From assembly GCA_001819605.1 (NCBI GenBank), contig MHNE01000008.1, positions 13,054 through 77,053 on the forward strand: 64,000 nucleotides of DNA, written 5' to 3'. This document shows, piece by piece, positions 58,218 to 64,000 of this stretch (position 1 is the stretch's first letter; each line of letters begins with the position of its first letter). Source of the stretch: Candidatus Portnoybacteria bacterium RIFCSPLOWO2_01_FULL_43_11 (GTDB taxonomy: Bacteria > Patescibacteriota > Minisyncoccia > Portnoybacterales > UBA2143). Under the pieces are notes generated by a model, which was given only the letters and a program-made list of their open reading frames with translations, was not told where the DNA came from and ran no database searches. Both the position numbers and the translations under genes were made by a program.

Positions 58218-58862
58218 TTACCCCCTCACTTCCAACAATGTCCCTTTTCTGCCCGGCACCGCGCCTTTGATGGCCAGTAAATTATTTTCTTTATTCACCT
58301 TGATTATTTTCAGACCTTTAATAGTCACTCTGTCGCTCCCCATTCTTCCGGCCATTTTTTTGCCCTTCCAGACCCTTTCCGGAAAAGACGAACCAATTGA
58401 GCCGGGCGCCCGCAAAGTATGCTTTGTTCCGTGGCTGGCTGGCCCGCCTTTAAACCCATGCCGTTTAACCACCCCCTGAAATCCTTTGCCCTTGGAAATT
58501 CCGCTTACTTTTACCTCGTCCCCCTCTTTAAAAACATCAACCGTAATCTCGTCGCCTAATTTTAATTCCGGCTTCTCTATTCTAAACTCTCTTAAATATC
58601 TTGTTCCTGAATTTTGAGATTTGAGATTTGAGATTTGAGATTTTTCAAGATGGCCCTTTAAGGACTTGCTAATATTCTTAAGTTTCTTTTTTCCAAACCC
58701 GACCTGAATTGCTTCGTATCCGTCTTTTTCTTTGGTCTTAATTTGAGTGATAAAGCACGGCCCGGCTTCAACAAGCGTCACTGGAATCACCCGACCATTT
58801 TCATCAAAAACCTGCGACATGCCTAATTTTTTTCCAAGGATAAATTTCATTTTACCAATCAA
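58218..58862 (-). CDS. rplC: 50S ribosomal protein L3
   Basis: KLGMSQVF, conserved L3 sequence; 214 aa. Confidence 0.9.
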   Translation of the reverse strand: MIGKMKFILGKKLGMSQVFDENGRVIPVTLVEAGPCFITQIKTKEKDGYEAIQVGFGKKKLKNISKSLKGHLEKSQISNLKSQNSGTRYLREFRIEKPELKLGDEITVDVFKEGDEVKVSGISKGKGFQGVVKRHGFKGGPASHGTKHTLRAPGSIGSSFPERVWKGKKMAGRMGSDRVTIKGLKIIKVNKENNLLAIKGAVPGRKGTLLEVRG

Positions 58863-58888
58863 AAAGTCGGGATTAGCCCGACTTTTTG
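58862..58888. terminator. hairpin AAAAAGTCGGG-atta-GCCCGACTTTTT between rpsJ and rplC (terminator/attenuator-like on either strand)
   Basis: 8-bp stem flanked by A/T runs, read directly. Confidence 0.45.
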
Positions 58889-58988
58889 GCTAAATAATAA
58901 ATTGTAACCCTCAATTCAAAAATATGCTTTTAACTTTGAATTGTAATTTTTCATTTTTAATTTTGAATTTTTAATTTAGAAATTAAAA

Positions 58989-59324
58989 TCACATTTTAAT
59001 TTCAATATCCACGCCAGCCGGTAAATTCAAATTCGTCAGAGAATCAATTACTTTTGAATTCGGGTTTAAAATATCAATCATCCGCTTATGAACCCGCATC
59101 TCGTACTGCTCTCTTGAATCCTTATGGACAAAAGTGGAACGGTTAACAGTGTATTTATGAATCTGGGTCGGCAAAGGAATCGGCCCGCTGATTAAAGCGC
59201 CGTAACGAGTGGCTGTCTCAATAATCTGCTTAACCGACTGATCAATCACTTTATGGTCGTAAGCCCGAATCTTAATTCTAATCCTTTGTTTAATTTCTTC
59301 TTCTTTCTTTTTAGTTGCTGCCAT
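58989..59324 (-). CDS. rpsJ: 30S ribosomal protein S10
   Basis: [12 protein letters not shown] and GPIPLPT motifs. Confidence 0.9.
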   Translation of the reverse strand: MAATKKKEEEIKQRIRIKIRAYDHKVIDQSVKQIIETATRYGALISGPIPLPTQIHKYTVNRSTFVHKDSREQYEMRVHKRMIDILNPNSKVIDSLTNLNLPAGVDIEIKM

Positions 59325-59350
59325 TGTAAAAGAATTATTGTCAAATCAAA

Positions 59351-60550
59351 TTATTTCTCTATTTTTGTCACTACCCCGGCTCCCACGGTCTTGCCGCCTT
59401 CTCTTATGGCGAATCTCTGTTTTTCTTCCAAAGCAACCGGAGAAATCAGTTTTACCTTTAGATTAACCGTGTCCCCGGGCATAACCATTTCCGTGCCTTC
59501 AGGCAAAGTAACCTCGCCGGTTACATCAGTGGTCCGGATATAGAATTGCGGTTTATAACCTTTAAAGAAAGGAGTATGCCGGCCGCCTTCTTCTTTGGTT
59601 AAGATATAAATTTCGCCCTCAAATTCATTATGCGGAGTCACGCTCGCGGGCTTGGCTAAAACTTGTCCTCTTTCAATATCCTCTTTCTTTATTCCCCGCA
59701 ATAAAACCCCGGCATTGTCCCCGGCCCGACCTTCATCTAAAGACTTGTTAAACATTTCAATGCCGGTAACCACTGTCTTTTGAGTGTCTTTTAATCCGAT
59801 AATCTCGACCTCTTCATTAGTTTTAACTATTCCTCGTTCAATTCGGCCGGTAACCACCGTGCCCCGACCTTCAATGGAAAAGATATCCTCAATCGGCATT
59901 AAGAATGGTTTTTCCACATCGCGAACCGGCTCTGGAATATTTTCATCCACTGCTTTAATTAAATCTAAAATTGGTTTGCACTTCGGGCAATCCTCTTTTG
60001 CATCAGTACACTCTAACGCCTGAAGAGCTGAACCGCGAATAATGGGAGTTTTATCTCCGTCAAATTCGTATTTATTCAAAAGTTCGCGAATCTCCTGCTC
60101 CACCAAATCAACTAATTCCGGGTCGTCTGCCTGATCAACTTTGTTTAAAAAAACGACTAAAGACGGCAACCCCACCTGACGGGCCAAAAGAATATGCTCT
60201 CTTGTCTGTGGCATGGGGCCGTCCGGCGCTGAAACCACTAAAATAGCGCCATCCATCTGGGCCGCGCCGGTAATCATATTTTTAATGTAGTCGGCGTGTC
60301 CCGGGCAATCAATGTGGGCGTAATGGCGGTTGGCGCTCTCGTATTCAACATGAGAGACTGAAATAGTTAATCCCCGCGCTTTTTCCTCCGGGGCTTTGTC
60401 AATGTCGTCAACCCCTTTTTCTTGAGACTTAAAACCAGCCGCTTTTAAGCATTTTAAAATAGCGGCGGTCAAAGTCGTTTTGCCGTGGTCAACATGACCA
60501 ATGGTCCCCACATTAATATGGGGCTTAGTGCGTTCAAATTTTTCTGCCAT
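59351..60550 (-). CDS. tuf: elongation factor Tu
   Basis: [18 protein letters not shown] and NKVD motifs; 399 aa. Confidence 0.98.
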   Translation of the reverse strand: MAEKFERTKPHINVGTIGHVDHGKTTLTAAILKCLKAAGFKSQEKGVDDIDKAPEEKARGLTISVSHVEYESANRHYAHIDCPGHADYIKNMITGAAQMDGAILVVSAPDGPMPQTREHILLARQVGLPSLVVFLNKVDQADDPELVDLVEQEIRELLNKYEFDGDKTPIIRGSALQALECTDAKEDCPKCKPILDLIKAVDENIPEPVRDVEKPFLMPIEDIFSIEGRGTVVTGRIERGIVKTNEEVEIIGLKDTQKTVVTGIEMFNKSLDEGRAGDNAGVLLRGIKKEDIERGQVLAKPASVTPHNEFEGEIYILTKEEGGRHTPFFKGYKPQFYIRTTDVTGEVTLPEGTEMVMPGDTVNLKVKLISPVALEEKQRFAIREGGKTVGAGVVTKIEK

Positions 60551-60717
60551 TTTTCTCTTGAAACCCGAAACATAAAACTTGAAACTTTATTTCAAGTTTT
60601 ATTTTTCAAGCTCAAACATTAAGTTAATTATCGGTTTAATGTTTTAAACTTATCAAAAAAGCCCTCGTTTGTCAACCTCTTTCTTAAATTTCTGTCTTTG
60701 GGATTTAATTTTTATCT

Positions 60718-60969
60718 CTAAAACGGCAAGTCCTCAACCTTGACTTCGTCTTCGGGAACTATTTCTTCCAAATTATTTTCGTTTGGATTTTTGAGTCCGG
60801 CAATATCCTGATTAACTTTTTCTATTTCCGTGCTTTCGGACGGATTATCTTTTTCTAACAAATTCTCGTAATCTTTCATTTTCATCACCACATACATCGG
60901 TTTATCGTTCTCTATTATAATACACTTTCCGCTGTCTTTTTGCAATATATTTTTAATAGTTTTCCACAT
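60718..60969 (-). CDS. small acidic hypothetical protein between fusA and tuf, with weak Phd/YefM-antitoxin-like N-terminus
   Basis: 83 aa; KCIIIENDKPMYVVMKMKDYENLLE resembles the YefM beta-alpha pattern; start lies 2 nt after the fusA stop. Confidence 0.35.
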   Translation of the reverse strand: MWKTIKNILQKDSGKCIIIENDKPMYVVMKMKDYENLLEKDNPSESTEIEKVNQDIAGLKNPNENNLEEIVPEDEVKVEDLPF

Positions 60970-60970
60970 A

Positions 60971-63100
60971 TTACTTCTTTCCTCCGCTAATTACTTCCTC
61001 CGCCACATTCTTTGGCACTTCCTCATAACGGCTGAACTCCATAGTGAATGTGGCCCGACCTTGAGTCATAGAACGCAAACGGGTGGCATAGCCAAACATT
61101 TGAACCAAAGGCACTTTGGCGTCTATCACTTTCATCCGACTGATTCCTTCTCCTCTATCCTGCATCTCTTCAATTCTGCCTCTTTTGGAATTAATATCGC
61201 CAATAACATCGCCCATAAAATGCTCCGGAGTCACTGCTTCAAGCTTCATAGTCGGCTCTAATAAAATTAAGTTGGCTCTTTTTACCGCGGCTTGAAGAGC
61301 CATTGAGCCGGCAATTTTAAAAGCCGCTTCCGAGGAATCCACATCGTGATAAGAACCGTCATAAAGAGTCGCTTTCAAATCCACTAAAGGATAACCGGCC
61401 AAAACGCCTTTGTCCATAGCTTCTTTAATTCCTTTTTGAACAGCCGGAATAAATTCATGGGGAATAATCCCGCCTTTAATCGCGTCAACAAATTCAAATC
61501 CCTTACCCTGCTCCTGCGGCTCAACCCTTAACCAAACATGGCCATATTGACCCCGGCCGCCGGTCTGGCGAATATATTTCCCTTCCGCTTCGGCCGTTCC
61601 TTTTATTGTTTCTTTATAAGCCACTTGAGGCGCGCCGACATTAGCCCCCACTTTAAATTCCCTCAACATTCTATCAACAATTATCTCCAAATGCAATTCA
61701 CCCATGCCGGAAATAATGGTCTGACCGGTTTCAATGTCGCCTTTAATGCGAAAAGTCGGATCTTCTTCGGAAAGCCGCCTTAGGGCAATACCCATTCTTT
61801 CCTGATCGGCTTTTGTTTTTGGCTCAATAGCTATTGAAATAACCGGTTCCGGGAAAATGATTTTTTCCAAAATTATCGGGTGGTCCGGGTCACAAAGAGT
61901 GTCGCCGGTTGTGGTCGCTTTTAAACCAACCGCGGCCCCGATGCCGCCGGCGTAAATCTCTTTCACCTCTTCCCGCTTATCAGCATGCATTCTTAAGATG
62001 CGGCCGATTCTTTCTTTCTGACCGGAACTGGAATTTAAAATATAAGAACTGCTGTTTAAAATACCGGAATAAACCCTAAAAAAGGTCAGCTGACCCACAA
62101 AAGGATCTGTGGCCACTTTAAAGGCCAAAGCCGAAAACGGCGCTTCGTCTTTTGACTCGCGAATCATCTTCTTTTTTTCGTCTTTTGGATCAAAACCCTC
62201 AATCGGCGGCAAATCTATTGGCGAAGGCAAATAATCTATTATCCCGTCTAAAAGCAATTGAACGGCTTTATTTTTAAGGGCTGAACCGCAAAAAACCGGC
62301 ACTAATTGATAGTTGATAACGGCTTGCCTCAAAACTCTTCTTAAATCTTCCTCGTTAATTTCCCGTCCTTCCAAATATTTTTCCAATAATTGTTCATCCT
62401 GTTCGGATATTTTTTCCACCAATTCTTTTCTTATTTCCATAACGCCCGCTTTTAATTCGTCTGGAATTTCTTCTTCAAACACATTCTCTCCGAAATCACC
62501 CTGAAATTTATAGGCCTTTATTCTGATTAAATCTATCACTCCCTCGTGCTTATCCTCCAAACCAATCGGAATCTGAACGGCTATTGCGTTAGGAGTCAGT
62601 CTTTCCAAAATAGACTGAAAACTTTTTTCAAAACTGGCGCCGGTCCGATCCAGTTTATTAATAAAGCAAATACGGGGCACTTTGAATTTATCCGCCTGAC
62701 GCCAAACCGTCTCTGATTGCGGCTCTACCCCGGCCACGCCGTCAAAAACAACCACGGCGCCGTCTAAAACTCTTAAAGAGCGCTGGACTTCCACGGTAAA
62801 ATCAATATGGCCGGGCGTGTCAATGATGTTAATCTGATATTCTTCCTTTTTTTCTTTATTACCGGATAAATATTTTCGCGGCGTCCAAAAGCAGGTCGTG
62901 GCCGCTGAAGTGATAGTGATGCCTCTTTCTCTTTCCTGCGCCATCCAGTCCATAATCGCTTCGCCCTCGTGAACCTCGCCGATTTTATGGGAAACGCCCG
63001 TATAAAAAAGCACCCGTTCACTAACGGTCGTTTTCCCGGCATCAATATGAGCGATGATGCCAATGTCCCTAATTTTCTCAATCGGATACTGCCGCGGCAT
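60971..63100 (-). CDS. fusA: elongation factor G
   Basis: [17 protein letters not shown] and NKLD motifs; 709 aa with five domains. Confidence 0.98.
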   Translation of the reverse strand: MPRQYPIEKIRDIGIIAHIDAGKTTVSERVLFYTGVSHKIGEVHEGEAIMDWMAQERERGITITSAATTCFWTPRKYLSGNKEKKEEYQINIIDTPGHIDFTVEVQRSLRVLDGAVVVFDGVAGVEPQSETVWRQADKFKVPRICFINKLDRTGASFEKSFQSILERLTPNAIAVQIPIGLEDKHEGVIDLIRIKAYKFQGDFGENVFEEEIPDELKAGVMEIRKELVEKISEQDEQLLEKYLEGREINEEDLRRVLRQAVINYQLVPVFCGSALKNKAVQLLLDGIIDYLPSPIDLPPIEGFDPKDEKKKMIRESKDEAPFSALAFKVATDPFVGQLTFFRVYSGILNSSSYILNSSSGQKERIGRILRMHADKREEVKEIYAGGIGAAVGLKATTTGDTLCDPDHPIILEKIIFPEPVISIAIEPKTKADQERMGIALRRLSEEDPTFRIKGDIETGQTIISGMGELHLEIIVDRMLREFKVGANVGAPQVAYKETIKGTAEAEGKYIRQTGGRGQYGHVWLRVEPQEQGKGFEFVDAIKGGIIPHEFIPAVQKGIKEAMDKGVLAGYPLVDLKATLYDGSYHDVDSSEAAFKIAGSMALQAAVKRANLILLEPTMKLEAVTPEHFMGDVIGDINSKRGRIEEMQDRGEGISRMKVIDAKVPLVQMFGYATRLRSMTQGRATFTMEFSRYEEVPKNVAEEVISGGKK

Positions 63101-63273
63101 AAACCCAATCTACCAAATTAAAATAAATTTATCAACCCCGCGCCTTTTAAGGATAAGCAAATTCACAAAGTGAATTTGTTTTTTAATAAAAATCCTCAAT
63201 AGGTGCGGGGTCAAGCCTAAAAATAAAAAACCAGGTCGGCTGAAAAAACCGCCTCGTTCTTTTAAAAGTGAAA

Positions 63274-63639
63274 TTACAGAATTTTAACCACGCCTTCTCG
63301 AATAATTATCAATTTGTCCTCTAATTTCTTCAATTTAAACTTCTTTAGAAAAGGAATTAAATAACGAATAACATTCTGCGGAGATTGATCTCTTAATCTT
63401 AATAAAATAACGCCTCTGTGTTTCTGATGAAATTGATGGATAAGATTTCCAAAATCTTTATCATGAGTAATAATAATCCGTTTTTGTTTCTCGGCCAATT
63501 TCAAAATTTCTTCGTCATTCATAGCGTAAAATTTATTCTCTCCGATACCCAAAACATCAAAACCTTTGTCTCTTAGGGTTTTAATAACTATCGGAGCGAT
63601 ATTTTCGTCAGCTATAAAACCCTTCATAAAATCAAGCAA
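63274..63639 (-). CDS. DUF5615 (Mut7-C/PIN-like) putative toxin
   Basis: FIADENIAP.VIK.LR.KGFDV...D.EIL.LA..QKRIIITHDKDFGNL......H.GVILLRL matches the DUF5615 consensus pattern. Confidence 0.6.
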   Translation of the reverse strand: MLDFMKGFIADENIAPIVIKTLRDKGFDVLGIGENKFYAMNDEEILKLAEKQKRIIITHDKDFGNLIHQFHQKHRGVILLRLRDQSPQNVIRYLIPFLKKFKLKKLEDKLIIIREGVVKIL

Positions 63640-63847
63640 AAACTAATTCTTCACGCTTGACTGTCTTGGCCGCGTAATCAATGGCCGCTAAAACATCGGC
63701 TTTTTTAAGACGGGGATATTCCTCGACGATTTCTTCAACGGTCATTCCAGAAGCCAAAAGCTCCAATATAAACTCAACGGAAATGCGAGTTCCTTTTATA
63801 ATCGGTTTGCCGCCAAATATTTTTTTATTGTAAGTAATGCGGTTCAT
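63632..63847 (-). CDS. DUF433 putative antitoxin
   Basis: GGKPIIKGTRISVEFILELLASGMTVEEIVEEYPRLKKADVLAAIDYAA matches the DUF433 consensus pattern; overlaps the downstream gene by 8 nt. Confidence 0.6.
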   Translation of the reverse strand: MNRITYNKKIFGGKPIIKGTRISVEFILELLASGMTVEEIVEEYPRLKKADVLAAIDYAAKTVKREELVFA

Positions 63848-63883
63848 ATATTTAATTCTACCAAATCAAAATAAATTGATCAA

Positions 63884-64000
<117 letters not shown>

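Overview
This is an AT-rich bacterial window with a streamlined genome, most likely Candidate Phyla Radiation (Patescibacteria). The lineage call is inferred from the absence of rpmD (L30), a ThrRS without the TGS domain, a MiaB without a TRAM domain and the absence of Shine-Dalgarno sequences on native genes. Housekeeping loci: a partial RNase P RNA at the left edge, rnhA-recJ-pgk-tpiA, a galT-like gene, a GT2 glycosyltransferase, miaB-miaA, gatB, a thymidylate and one-carbon cluster (folD, glyA, dcd, folA, thyA, dCMP deaminase), rplK-nusG-secE, gyrB, pheST and three tRNAs (fMet, Met, Asp). Further along: gatCA, ligA, dnaE, thrS, a complete F1Fo ATP synthase operon, and a long minus-strand ribosomal-protein block that starts with rpsG at the right edge and runs through fusA, tuf, rpsJ and rplCDWB down to secY, adk and map. 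Several accessory insertions sit on this backbone. (1) A cassette of about 1.25 kb carrying an HTH-Fic gene with a degenerate catalytic motif sits between atpF and atpH, flanked by 63-bp direct repeats. (2) A two-gene module on the opposite strand, between rplD and rplC, has a consensus sigma70 promoter, strong Shine-Dalgarno sites and its own terminator. (3) A decayed defense islet lies next to the tRNA cluster: a truncated N6A/N4C-type methyltransferase, a HARE-HTH nuclease-like protein, a frameshifted Vsr-like gene, and a membrane-anchored protein resembling the DUF4145 HEPN family. (4) A DUF433/DUF5615 toxin-antitoxin pair is wedged between rpsG and fusA. (5) A family of GC-rich palindromic repeat elements is scattered through intergenic regions and gene 3' ends. 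(6) A conserved 16-nt motif lies directly upstream of GTG start codons and is a candidate leaderless promoter. (7) Short 6-7-nt tandem repeats and a palindromic insert are embedded in-frame inside essential genes. No CRISPR array or rRNA gene was seen.
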